Of a stretch of 32,000 nt of DNA, positions 8,897 to 16,594 are shown piece by piece; the first letter of the stretch is position 1; every line of letters begins with the position of its first letter. The DNA is from Alphaproteobacteria bacterium (GTDB lineage Bacteria; Pseudomonadota; Alphaproteobacteria; Rs-D84). Below the pieces are notes generated by a model. The model worked only from the letters and a program-made list of their open reading frames with translations. It ran no database searches and had not been told where the DNA came from. The stretch lies in assembly GCA_017475605.1 (NCBI GenBank), contig JAFVFD010000005.1, forward strand, positions 270,001-302,000, written 5' to 3'. A program made the position numbers and the translations under genes.

Positions 8897-8923
8897 AAAC
8901 TCGTCATTTTGACGAGTTTTTTG
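8897..8923. terminator. Intrinsic terminator after the DUF805 gene
   Basis: AAACTCGTC-atttt-GACGAGTTT-ttt. Confidence 0.75.
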
Positions 8924-9038
8924 TTCAAAACCCGCCTTGGTGGATTCGAACGTGGCAACCAAGCTATCGAAGATTGGTATAAATCATAAACTTTCTTCGA
9001 GTTATTTAAAAGTATCAGAAATATAAAAATAAAAGCTG

Positions 9039-9875
9039 TTAATCAAGGTTGTAATGTCTTTTGTTGTTTTCGATATCCTTTTTCATTTCTTCCAGTAATT
9101 TATCAATAGATATTTCCTGTGGTTTACTAGCAAATAAATTAGAACAAATTCCGCCACCGCAAATAGTCGCAATGTTTACCCTTTGGTTTTTATATAACTT
9201 ATTCACTTCCTCTGTTCTTAGTTTTAATTTTTTATGGGTCATCTTGATGATTGCGGAATCTGCTGAATCCTTTAGTTTTGCGACAATATTCCGTATATTA
9301 CTAATCACAGCATTTCCATAATCTTTGGCTTCTTTTTCTGTTGGTTTATATCCTTGATGAATCACTTTGTTTCTTAGTTCTTTGACTGTGTATTTTTTGT
9401 TTTTTCTTTTATTTTCAATTTGTTTTCGTGAGATATCAATCGGAGAAATCCCAAATTCCAACAAATATAAAAAAGAAAAAGCACCATATTGTCTTTCAGA
9501 TAAATTACCAATAATTTTCCATGTTTCGTCAAAAGCCTCTAAAGAAATATTATGTTTAATACAAATTACTTCTATGAAAAATTCGAAAAAACGTTCTTCT
9601 GCAGATGCAAAATTAAAAAAAGCCCCTCGAAAATTACAGTTGAGTAAATCCTCTAATGCCATATCTAATAAAAATTCATATTGAAAATTTTGGTGAATAC
9701 CAACCGTAATATGCCCCTTTGGACACTTAAACTCTTCTACCTGAAATTCATCTGTTGCATTGTTCCATAAAGATTTTCGTTTAATTTGTTCATATTGATA
9801 AGGTGGCATTTCCTCTTTTTTGGACGCTTCGTCTTGACAGGTTGGGCACCATTCAAAAATTTGTCTATGAAGCAT
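9039..9875 (-). CDS. Zinc-ribbon + HEPN (DUF4145-like) domain protein, putative RNase toxin / abortive-infection effector
   Basis: N-terminal CPTC (C10, C13) ... CPKGH (C51, H55). The helical core carries ELRNKVIHQGYKPTEKEA, which matches the HEPN R-x4-H motif (RNxxxH) followed by the usual acidic helix. 278 aa. AT-rich. No partner gene. Confidence 0.6.
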   Translation of the reverse strand: MLHRQIFEWCPTCQDEASKKEEMPPYQYEQIKRKSLWNNATDEFQVEEFKCPKGHITVGIHQNFQYEFLLDMALEDLLNCNFRGAFFNFASAEERFFEFFIEVICIKHNISLEAFDETWKIIGNLSERQYGAFSFLYLLEFGISPIDISRKQIENKRKNKKYTVKELRNKVIHQGYKPTEKEAKDYGNAVISNIRNIVAKLKDSADSAIIKMTHKKLKLRTEEVNKLYKNQRVNIATICGGGICSNLFASKPQEISIDKLLEEMKKDIENNKRHYNLD

Positions 9876-9942
9876 ATCGATATCCTTTACATAAAAACTT
9901 TTACTTGAGTATATAATAATTAATAAAAATTATTCAGCAAGC

Positions 9943-9982
9943 ACCAATATTCAAAACGAGCATAACTTGTTCGAATATTGGT
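9943..9982. repeat. 10-bp inverted repeat upstream of the HEPN gene
   Basis: ACCAATATTC (9943-9952) and GAATATTGGT (9973-9982), separated by 20 nt. Confidence 0.5.
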
Positions 9983-10040
9983 AGAACTTAGTGTTTTTTG
10001 GATATGCTATTTTCGAACCTCCCGAATAGTACAAAATCCA

Positions 10041-10070
10041 AAGAAAAACCGCACTTTTGAAGCGCGGTGT
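10041..10070 (-). terminator. Terminator of the tRNA-Gly/tRNA-Tyr operon
   Basis: Minus strand: ACCGC-gcttcaaaagt-GCGGT-tttttcttt, starting 9 nt after the tRNA-Tyr 3' end. Confidence 0.6.
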
Positions 10071-10076
10071 ATCTTT

Positions 10077-10163
10077 TGGTGGGAGTGGGTGGATTCGAAC
10101 CACCTCAGGCTTAAGCCAACAGATTTACAGTCTGCCCCGGCTCTCCAACTCCGGCGCACGCCC
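10077..10163 (-). tRNA. tRNA-Tyr (GUA), class II long variable arm, CCA encoded
   Basis: Minus strand: GGGCGTG CG CCGG..CCGG G GCAGA CTGTAAA TCTGT [variable arm TGGCTTAAGCCTGA] GGTGG TTCGAAT CCACC CACTCCC A CCA. There is one C4:U69 mismatch in the acceptor stem. Confidence 0.85.
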
Positions 10164-10271
10164 AGAACTTTTTTTGACGGACAGCCCGTCTTTGCCATTC
10201 GGCAAATCCGCGGCATTCCGTTTTGCTTGGCCCCAACCCGCCTGTCGCGGCTTTGCGCCAGCAAAGACGGA

Positions 10272-10346
10272 TGGTGCGGGCAGCGGGACTCGAACCCGCA
10301 CATCAAGCTTGGAAGGCTTGCGTACTAGCCCTTGTACTATGCCCGC
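10272..10346 (-). tRNA. tRNA-Gly (UCC), CCA encoded
   Basis: Minus strand: GCGGGCA TA GTAC..GTAC G CAAGC CTTCCAA GCTTG ATGTG CGGGT TCGAGTC CCGCT GCCCGC A CCA. Confidence 0.9.
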
Positions 10347-10365
10347 GATGTCCGTAAGCCCCCTG

Positions 10366-10393
10366 ATTATATCTTAATTTAATTGAAAATCAA
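10366..10393 (-). promoter_or_regulatory. Promoter of the tRNA-Gly/tRNA-Tyr operon
   Basis: Minus strand: TTGATT, 16 nt, TATAAT, ending 19 nt before the tRNA-Gly 5' end. Confidence 0.55.
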
Positions 10394-10409
10394 GCGAATA
10401 TTCCCCACC

Positions 10410-11072
10410 CTATTTATTAATTGGCGGGAAACAATCACCACCAGTTTTTGGACAGCATGCGAATTTCAGATTGCCCAAATCTTTAAATATTTCGTCTGTA
10501 CAGCACCCATACTTATTCGGCTTGGTTCCGTCGCCACAAAGGCCCGCCGCCAAATTCGCATCATATTGTGCCGCCCATTCTTCTTCTGATATTTCATTTT
10601 TCGCGTTGTCGTTTGCTGCCACAGGGGCCTGCTTTTCAACACAATCCATATCATATACACCACGCATAGATGCCAATGTATCCGCCTTGGTTGCATCATC
10701 GGTTGCAGCCAATTTTGCGATTTCACTGTTTAACTTTTCGCAATTAGATTTTTTGTTTGCCAAATATTCGCTTAACGCGTCAGATGTTGCCACCGTCGTA
10801 ACAGGCGCCTGCTTTACCAATGGCAGATTGCGCATAACCGTCCGCCGTCCCGCCGATTTAGCAACACAATTACTGCGGTGCATTGTTTGTAATTGCTTTA
10901 ATTGCGCGGCAATTTCGTCATCTGGGTCTACAATCGCGGACAATGTTTCTATTTCCGTCTTGATTTCGGCGCATGTTTTGCGTTCAGCAAGTTTTTGTGT
11001 GGGTGCCGCATCATCGGCAAATGCCGGCATCGCCATCATCATAAATCCCACAAGCAATATTGGCAGTTTCAT
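10410..11072 (-). CDS. Secreted protein with two Cys-x32-34-Cys modules and a Cys-rich C-terminal knot
   Basis: Signal peptide MKLPILLVGFMMMAMPAFA/DD. Modules are TC-AEIKTEIETL...HRSN-C and NC-EKLNSEIAKL...YDMD-C. The tail is GLCGDGTKPNKYGCCTDEIFKDLGNLKFACCPKTGGDC. I recognise no family. Confidence 0.6.
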   Translation of the reverse strand: MKLPILLVGFMMMAMPAFADDAAPTQKLAERKTCAEIKTEIETLSAIVDPDDEIAAQLKQLQTMHRSNCVAKSAGRRTVMRNLPLVKQAPVTTVATSDALSEYLANKKSNCEKLNSEIAKLAATDDATKADTLASMRGVYDMDCVEKQAPVAANDNAKNEISEEEWAAQYDANLAAGLCGDGTKPNKYGCCTDEIFKDLGNLKFACCPKTGGDCFPPINK

Positions 11073-11084
11073 TTTTTACCCCAA

Positions 11085-11684
11085 TTATTCGTTAATTATT
11101 TTTTCCAGTTCGATTATAAAATCGATTGCAGGATTAGTAATTTTTTTCGCCTTGTCCAAGATTTCCTGGGCCGCGTTTTGCATTCTCAGACGTTTATATG
11201 TTTCAACAATTTCGATTGTTTCGCGTTGGTGGCTTACATCGTCATCTTCCAATGCGCGTGCGATTTCCAATTCTTGCTTTGCCAAATCAACATATTTTTG
11301 GCTATTTTCCGGACAACCGCGTTCGGACAGATTCGCATATATTTTTGCATTATCAATATGATTATCAGAAATATCTGTATCTTCATTCCACAAACGTCTG
11401 CTTAACAAACTTTCAATTTGTTGGCACGTTGAAAGTTTTTTGAATTCTTCTTCACTTTCTACAACAGTTTCTTCGGTATTAGGAACCGTTTTTTCCGCCG
11501 CGACGGCCGCACTGACACGCAATTTTTGGACATCTGTACCCAACATAAATCCGCACAGGAACAGACCAACCAACGCAACAAGCCCCCAAAAACGTTGCCG
11601 ACGATTATGCGATACAACAGCACGATCCATCGCAGCCGCCAGTTTGGTTTGTTTTGATTTTGTGTGATTGGTCTGTTTTTTCAT
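11085..11684 (-). CDS. Membrane-anchored periplasmic protein with one Cys-x36-Cys module (paralogous to the downstream gene)
   Basis: AAGGAG RBS. Basic N-terminus, then TM helix FWGLVALVGLFLCGFMLG. The module is TC-QQIESLLSRRL...LSERG-C. The C-terminus is acidic and helical. Confidence 0.6.
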   Translation of the reverse strand: MKKQTNHTKSKQTKLAAAMDRAVVSHNRRQRFWGLVALVGLFLCGFMLGTDVQKLRVSAAVAAEKTVPNTEETVVESEEEFKKLSTCQQIESLLSRRLWNEDTDISDNHIDNAKIYANLSERGCPENSQKYVDLAKQELEIARALEDDDVSHQRETIEIVETYKRLRMQNAAQEILDKAKKITNPAIDFIIELEKIINE

Positions 11685-11727
11685 TTCTCTCTCTCCTTCT
11701 GTGCTCTGGTTTTATATTTCATTTGTA

Positions 11728-12450
11728 CTATTTTACGATACCATTTTCAATGGTAATTTTTCTGTCGGCACGATTTGCCAATTCCATGTCATGCGTTACA
11801 AAAAGCATTGCCATATTGTTTTTGCGCACCAGTGCCAACAATTGTTCAAATACAGCCTTGGCATGTGCTGGGTCCAAACTGCCTGTTGGTTCGTCCGCCA
11901 AAAGTATTTCCGGTTCATTTGCCAATGCGCGTGCAACCGCGGTGCGTTGCTGTTCCCCACCGGACATTTCGCCCGGCAAATGCTCCGCACGATGTGCAAC
12001 CGATGCCGCACGCAACAACTTCATCGCACGATTTATAGCAGACTCTTCATCCACACCATTTGCCAACATTGGCAACACAACATTTTCCAATGCGGTAAAA
12101 TCTGACAATAAATTATGCCGCTGATACACAAATCCTATTTTTTTACGACGAATTGTTGTGCGGGCTTCTTCGGTAATTTTTTGAACAGGTGTTCCGGCGA
12201 TAATAATACTGCCCGATGTTGGCTTGTCCAATAAACCAACACATTGTAATAATGTTGATTTACCCGAACCCGATGGCCCGACAAGTGCGATAATTTCACC
12301 GCGGTGTAAATCAAAACCACCACCACGCAGAATGTGTAATGGCTGGCCACCTTCTACGAAAGTCTTTTTTATATCGCGCACAGACATAACCACATCGCCG
12401 CGTTTCACCCTTGATAAAGAATTCAATATACCTGCCATAACTTTCACCAC
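11728..12450 (-). CDS. lolD: Lipoprotein-releasing ABC transporter ATP-binding protein LolD
   Basis: Walker A GPSGSGKSTLL, signature LSGGEQQR and Walker B ILLADEPTGSLD. It directly abuts the lolC stop. The start is uncertain: GTG 12450, ATG 12438 or ATG 12387. Confidence 0.85.
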   Translation of the reverse strand: MVKVMAGILNSLSRVKRGDVVMSVRDIKKTFVEGGQPLHILRGGGFDLHRGEIIALVGPSGSGKSTLLQCVGLLDKPTSGSIIIAGTPVQKITEEARTTIRRKKIGFVYQRHNLLSDFTALENVVLPMLANGVDEESAINRAMKLLRAASVAHRAEHLPGEMSGGEQQRTAVARALANEPEILLADEPTGSLDPAHAKAVFEQLLALVRKNNMAMLFVTHDMELANRADRKITIENGIVK

Positions 12451-13704
12451 CTATTCATTTCTTAACACATCAACTGGGTCTGTATTTGCCGCCTTCCATG
12501 CGGGATAAAGTGTTGCCAAAAATGCCAGTGCGATTGCCAAAACAACAATTCCTATTACCTGGCTTGCCACCAATTTAGATGGCAATTCCGACAAATAATA
12601 TAATTCAGACGGGAACAAATCGCGACCTGTTGCCCATTGGAAAAATTGACGTATTGGTTCAATATAAATCGCAACAATAATTCCAAATATCATACCAAAA
12701 AACGCACCAATAACACCAATGCTGGTGCCAGATAAAATAAATATTTTCATCATAGATTTACGCGACACACCAAATGTTCGCAGCACCGCTATATCTTTGT
12801 TTTTATCTTTGACCAGCATAACAAGCGATGACACGATATTAAATGCCGCAACAATAACTATTAACAACAAAATCAAAAACATCACATTTGATTCAACCTG
12901 TAATGCACCGACGAACCCGCGATTTAAATCGCGCCAATCACGGACCACAAATCCATCTGGTAATAAACGCACCAGCGCATCTAAAACGCGTGTAGTATCA
13001 TCCGGATTTTTAAGGAACAAATCAATATGTGTAACCGCATTACCAATATTCAAATATTTTTGTGCGGTTTCCAGTGGCATAAATATATAACCACTATCAT
13101 ATTCATACATTCCCATAAAGAACGATGACATCACCGGATATGCCATTATGCGTGGCATTGTTCCAAACGGTGTAGGTGTTGCGCCATTTGCGGAAACCAA
13201 CGAAATATTATCGCCCATTGTTACATTAAGTGCGCGCGTCAACGATGCCCCCGCAACCAATTCACCGTCCGTAATCATATCCAGGGGTTTACCATAAATG
13301 CGTGTTCCGGTTGTTGTTTTGTTTGCCAAATCAGACATACGAATACCACGAATCATTGCGCCGGTATTATTGCCATTGGCGGTTGCCATAACCTGACCTT
13401 CGGCGATGGGAACGATAGATGTTGTATGCGAACTTACGATTTTATTTTGATTCATTTTTTCAATCAAGAAATCATAGTCCGATATTGCGCCATCCTGGTG
13501 ATAGACAACCACATGCCCATTCATTCCAACAATGCGCGACAACAATGTGTCATGGAATCCGCCCATCACAGACATCACAACAATAAGGGTTGCGACCCCC
13601 AACATAATACCAATCAACGACACCCAAGACACAACAGAACCAAACCCGCGCTTTTTCATAGCAAGGTATCTGAATGCGACTTTTCTTTCCAGTTTTGAAA
13701 ACAT
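12451..13704 (-). CDS. lolC: Lipoprotein-releasing ABC transporter permease LolC/LolE family
   Basis: MFSKLERKVAFRYLAMKKRGFGSVVSWVSLIGIMLGVATLIVVMSVMGGF, plus the periplasmic domain and C-terminal FtsX-type TM bundle of LolC. ATG at 13704 lies 10 nt after the upstream stop, behind GGTGA. Confidence 0.85.
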   Translation of the reverse strand: MFSKLERKVAFRYLAMKKRGFGSVVSWVSLIGIMLGVATLIVVMSVMGGFHDTLLSRIVGMNGHVVVYHQDGAISDYDFLIEKMNQNKIVSSHTTSIVPIAEGQVMATANGNNTGAMIRGIRMSDLANKTTTGTRIYGKPLDMITDGELVAGASLTRALNVTMGDNISLVSANGATPTPFGTMPRIMAYPVMSSFFMGMYEYDSGYIFMPLETAQKYLNIGNAVTHIDLFLKNPDDTTRVLDALVRLLPDGFVVRDWRDLNRGFVGALQVESNVMFLILLLIVIVAAFNIVSSLVMLVKDKNKDIAVLRTFGVSRKSMMKIFILSGTSIGVIGAFFGMIFGIIVAIYIEPIRQFFQWATGRDLFPSELYYLSELPSKLVASQVIGIVVLAIALAFLATLYPAWKAANTDPVDVLRNE

Positions 13705-13714
13705 CTGTATCACC

Positions 13715-15070
13715 TTAATCGTTCAAAAACGCACGCAACGCGTCCCCAACCAGCATTCCTGTATCTGTTGTTTTTACACTTGCCGGGTCAACAATAGAAA
13801 TAAGACGTGGCGACATAAACACAACCAATTCCGCAAATGGACTTATCAATGTTTCCGGTGTTGTAACAAATGAATGTGTTGGTATACCAACAATTATATA
13901 GTTGTCGCCAACACTGGACGGAATTGTAAATGACGACAATTCACCATTTGATGTGCGTAAAACAATTTTCGCATCAATTTTATTAAGTCCACCCATATTT
14001 CCATATTTTGCCGTTGCGCCGATGGTAAGGTCTGTTTCCAAACGTTCTTCCTTGCCACACTGGCCGATATCGAACCGCGATTGCCAACCATTTGGTATCG
14101 CAAATGTACCCTGGGATATCAACACAACATTAGCCTGTTGATACATAAATTCCTGTAATGTCTTTGTGTTAATTTCCGGCCCCACAACAACCGCACGACC
14201 AACAACACCAGGTATCGACATCTTTATATTTTTATCGCCAAATGCCGGGAAAAGATTCATCCAAATAATTGGATTATCTGTTCGTGGATAAACGCGGTAC
14301 ACGTCAATATCCCATGCCAGCATATATTTTTTTGACGAAATATCGGCAATCATACGCGCAACTTCGCGTTCCGTTTGATAATTACCTTCGAACATAATGG
14401 TTTTATCCTGCCAGTTAACCAGCAAATTGCGCATATCCGCGCCATGCATTGCGTCCAACAAAGCCATTATAATAGTTTCATTTTTTGGCATTTTGATTAA
14501 CCATTTTGCGCGATTAGTTAAATGAATAACACCTTCGTATTCATCATATGAATAATACGCGCGTCCCATCTTGGCCATCAATTCCACCGCATCAGACAAA
14601 GCCCCCGATGCAATCGTTCCAGATATTTTTTCAATCAATTCGCCATCTTCTTCAACCGATATATCTGTTCCGTCCAGCAGTTTTTCCAATGCTTCGCGCA
14701 CAGTTAATTTTTTAAACTCATAATCTGAAACTTTCAAATCGGGCAACTTGTCCCCTGTATCCAGGCGCACAACTTCTATTCTTTCTTCTGGTACAACGGA
14801 TACAACATTTTGGTTATTCCAATCAACACTGCACCGCTTTGGCAATTCAATTGAAAAGCGGCGCGCAGTGTCGGTGGTTAATGCCGCCTTCTTCGGAAAG
14901 ATAGGAACCGAGTTTTCATCAATCACCAAATTATCGATAACTGTAACCGTATCATATTCTGGTTCGTCCGTCTGATTTGGATTTTGACATGCCGCCAGTG
15001 CAACAATACCACACACCGCACACATTATTGCGACACCCCGTTTTAATAAATCAAACAAATGCTTTTTCAT
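13715..15070 (-). CDS. Outer-membrane lipoprotein with secretin-like architecture (N0/STN-like, N1-like and secretin-C-like regions)
   Basis: Lipobox IVALAAC/Q. The N0-like stretch is LTVREALEKLLDGTDISVEED...GALSDAVELMAKMG...GVIHL. The N1-like stretch ends in YMLAWDIDVYRV. The C-terminal pattern is VVLISQGTFAIPNGWQSRFDIG ... IDAKIVLRTSNGELSSFTIPSSVGDNYIIVGI ... ELVVFMSPRLIS. The assignment rests on pattern recognition only. Confidence 0.4.
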   Translation of the reverse strand: MKKHLFDLLKRGVAIMCAVCGIVALAACQNPNQTDEPEYDTVTVIDNLVIDENSVPIFPKKAALTTDTARRFSIELPKRCSVDWNNQNVVSVVPEERIEVVRLDTGDKLPDLKVSDYEFKKLTVREALEKLLDGTDISVEEDGELIEKISGTIASGALSDAVELMAKMGRAYYSYDEYEGVIHLTNRAKWLIKMPKNETIIMALLDAMHGADMRNLLVNWQDKTIMFEGNYQTEREVARMIADISSKKYMLAWDIDVYRVYPRTDNPIIWMNLFPAFGDKNIKMSIPGVVGRAVVVGPEINTKTLQEFMYQQANVVLISQGTFAIPNGWQSRFDIGQCGKEERLETDLTIGATAKYGNMGGLNKIDAKIVLRTSNGELSSFTIPSSVGDNYIIVGIPTHSFVTTPETLISPFAELVVFMSPRLISIVDPASVKTTDTGMLVGDALRAFLND

Positions 15071-15089
15071 CTGTATCCCTCTTTTCTTT

Positions 15090-15413
15090 TCAGATATTCA
15101 TAAACTTTTCAAATTCTGCCAACGACATTTCATAGATTGGTTTTTGCGTCGGTGTCGTGTGATTTTTTACCCGCGCATATTGTGCATTGAATTGTTCAAT
15201 CGCGCGTGCGACATCGGCCGGTATCGCAACCCCGGTTGCCTTTAACCGTTTGGCATATTCCACAATATATTCCAAAACATCGGCGGCGAACATACGCCCC
15301 GAATAGTTTTCTATTGGTATTCCGCCCTTTTGTACACAAATTGCCGACATCAGCATTGCCGTCTGATTATAATAATTTGCCAGTTTTATAAACTGTTGAA
15401 CCGATAGCGCCAT
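15090..15413 (-). CDS. Hypothetical cytoplasmic protein (107 aa), first gene of the lol-containing cluster
   Basis: ATG at 15413 follows AAGGA. The track start at 15470 is a TTG. There is no signal peptide, and a 19-nt gap to the next gene contains AGAGGGA. Confidence 0.5.
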   Translation of the reverse strand: MALSVQQFIKLANYYNQTAMLMSAICVQKGGIPIENYSGRMFAADVLEYIVEYAKRLKATGVAIPADVARAIEQFNAQYARVKNHTTPTQKPIYEMSLAEFEKFMNI

Positions 15414-15489
15414 ACGCAAAATCCTTTCCCTGTTTTCTACATTATAAAAACTATTGCCCCCCGAACGCAATTAAATTATAATAAGAATT

Positions 15490-15870
15490 ATGAGAATGAA
15501 AATAATTAGTTTATTGTTATTACTTGGCGCGTGCGCTTCGGTTAACAGTGGTAACCTTGACAATGCCACCATTTTAAACTGGGAAAACGAGGCTGTTACC
15601 ACCGAACAATTCGTTCGTGATCACAAGGCTTGCCTGGGGTTAAAGGATAATTCGTACAAACCGCGTTCGCGTATTGCTAAACTTTTGGCCCCCAATCAAA
15701 GTGCCATGATGCCGGACTGGGACGGGCTTTGGGTTACATTCCAATCAAACGAATATCGTGATGTCGGCCAACGGTCATTGATGTCGGTGCCACGAAATGC
15801 AACCTCTAAATCGGTTGGCGCATACCGGAAATGTATGTTTCGGCGTGGATATTTACTGCGTGCGATATAA
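15490..15870 (+). CDS. Small lipoprotein of unknown function
   Basis: MRMKIISLLLLLGAC/ASV lipobox. 126 aa with two further Cys. It is divergent from the lol cluster and upstream of ftsQ. Confidence 0.6.
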   Translation: MRMKIISLLLLLGACASVNSGNLDNATILNWENEAVTTEQFVRDHKACLGLKDNSYKPRSRIAKLLAPNQSAMMPDWDGLWVTFQSNEYRDVGQRSLMSVPRNATSKSVGAYRKCMFRRGYLLRAI

Positions 15871-15908
15871 TTTTTGTAAAGACATAATTTTGTGATATAA
15901 TTACCCAC

Positions 15909-16589
15909 ATGAAACGTTCAATTATGTTTTGGGTGTATTTTATTGTTGCCATTGTTCTTGGCATCTATTTAACGACCCGTATTATCATGAATGGCATGGG
16001 ATATGGACGCGGTGCCATTATCCATAATGTTTCAATAACGGCGGATTCGTCCGATGCGGACCTTACCACGATTCAGACGGTTGCGGCATCTGGCCTTGGG
16101 ACACGAACGGGGGCATTAAACCTGGAAACACTAAACAACCGAATAAGGTCGGTCCCGGGGGTACGAAATGCCGCAACACGTCGTATGCCAAATGGCACGT
16201 TAAGTATTGATATTGAATTACACCGTGCCGTTGCCCAATGGTATGATGGGGTGGCATATTTTCCACTTTCCGCGGACGGCACATGGGTTAATATTCCATC
16301 TGACACACGTGATGCGGGCGCAATTGTTTTTCGTGGCGCATTACCGGACAACATTTCTGATATAACGGATGCGACAAAATCACTTGCCGACAAGATTGAT
16401 TATATTGAATGGATAGAAAACCGCCGTTGGAACATTGTAACCAACGATGGCATAACGATTATGTTGCCGGAATCAAACCCGGTTGCCGCCGTACGGGGGT
16501 TAATTTCGTTAAATGAAAACCAACACATATTGAACCGCGAATTAAAGGTAATTGATATGCGCGACAATGCGCGCATATTGGTAAAGTAA
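15909..16589 (+). CDS. ftsQ: Cell division protein FtsQ
   Basis: Short cytoplasmic tail, one TM helix (FWVYFIVAIVLGIYL), then a POTRA-like region (LNNRIRSVPGVRNAATRRMPNGTLSIDIELHRAVAQW). It lies immediately upstream of ftsA. Confidence 0.75.
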   Translation: MKRSIMFWVYFIVAIVLGIYLTTRIIMNGMGYGRGAIIHNVSITADSSDADLTTIQTVAASGLGTRTGALNLETLNNRIRSVPGVRNAATRRMPNGTLSIDIELHRAVAQWYDGVAYFPLSADGTWVNIPSDTRDAGAIVFRGALPDNISDITDATKSLADKIDYIEWIENRRWNIVTNDGITIMLPESNPVAAVRGLISLNENQHILNRELKVIDMRDNARILVK

Positions 16590-16594
16590 GAAAA

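Larger units (their letters stand above)
6893..10045. other. AT-rich accessory islet between the acyl-CoA synthetase terminator and the tRNA-Tyr terminator
   Basis: Hand-counted 60-nt samples give 27% GC at 8041-8100 against 48% at 12001-12060. The genes alternate strands, and each has its own signals. Contents are non-housekeeping: small peptide, PNP-fold protein, DUF805 and HEPN. The islet borders a tRNA operon. No integrase was seen. Confidence 0.5.

Noticed and set aside
8931-8960. Possible tRNA or tRNA fragment (cttGGTGGATTCGAACgtggcaaccaag)
   Set aside because: The flanks of the TTCGAAT-like loop are not complementary (CCACG versus CCACC on the minus strand), so no T-arm or cloverleaf forms. 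The CTTGGT/ACCAAG stem makes it a simple hairpin downstream of the HEPN gene. It is kept only as a weak att-scar idea in the findings.
9978-10377. Three 99-116-aa ORFs across 9978-10377
   Set aside because: They overlap the tRNA-Tyr and tRNA-Gly genes and their structured spacer. The translations are Arg/Ser/Pro-rich nonsense.
10471-11361. 296-aa + strand ORF (and the 167-aa ORF at 10902-11405) spanning the two exported-protein genes
   Set aside because: It lies antisense to two ORFs that have RBSs, a signal peptide or TM anchor, and conserved Cys modules. Its translation is low-complexity and Ser/Ala-rich, it has no start context, and it bridges an intergenic gap. It is an antisense artefact.
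11654-12124. 156- and 145-aa + strand ORFs
   Set aside because: They are antisense to lolD (Walker A/B and the ABC signature are on the minus strand).
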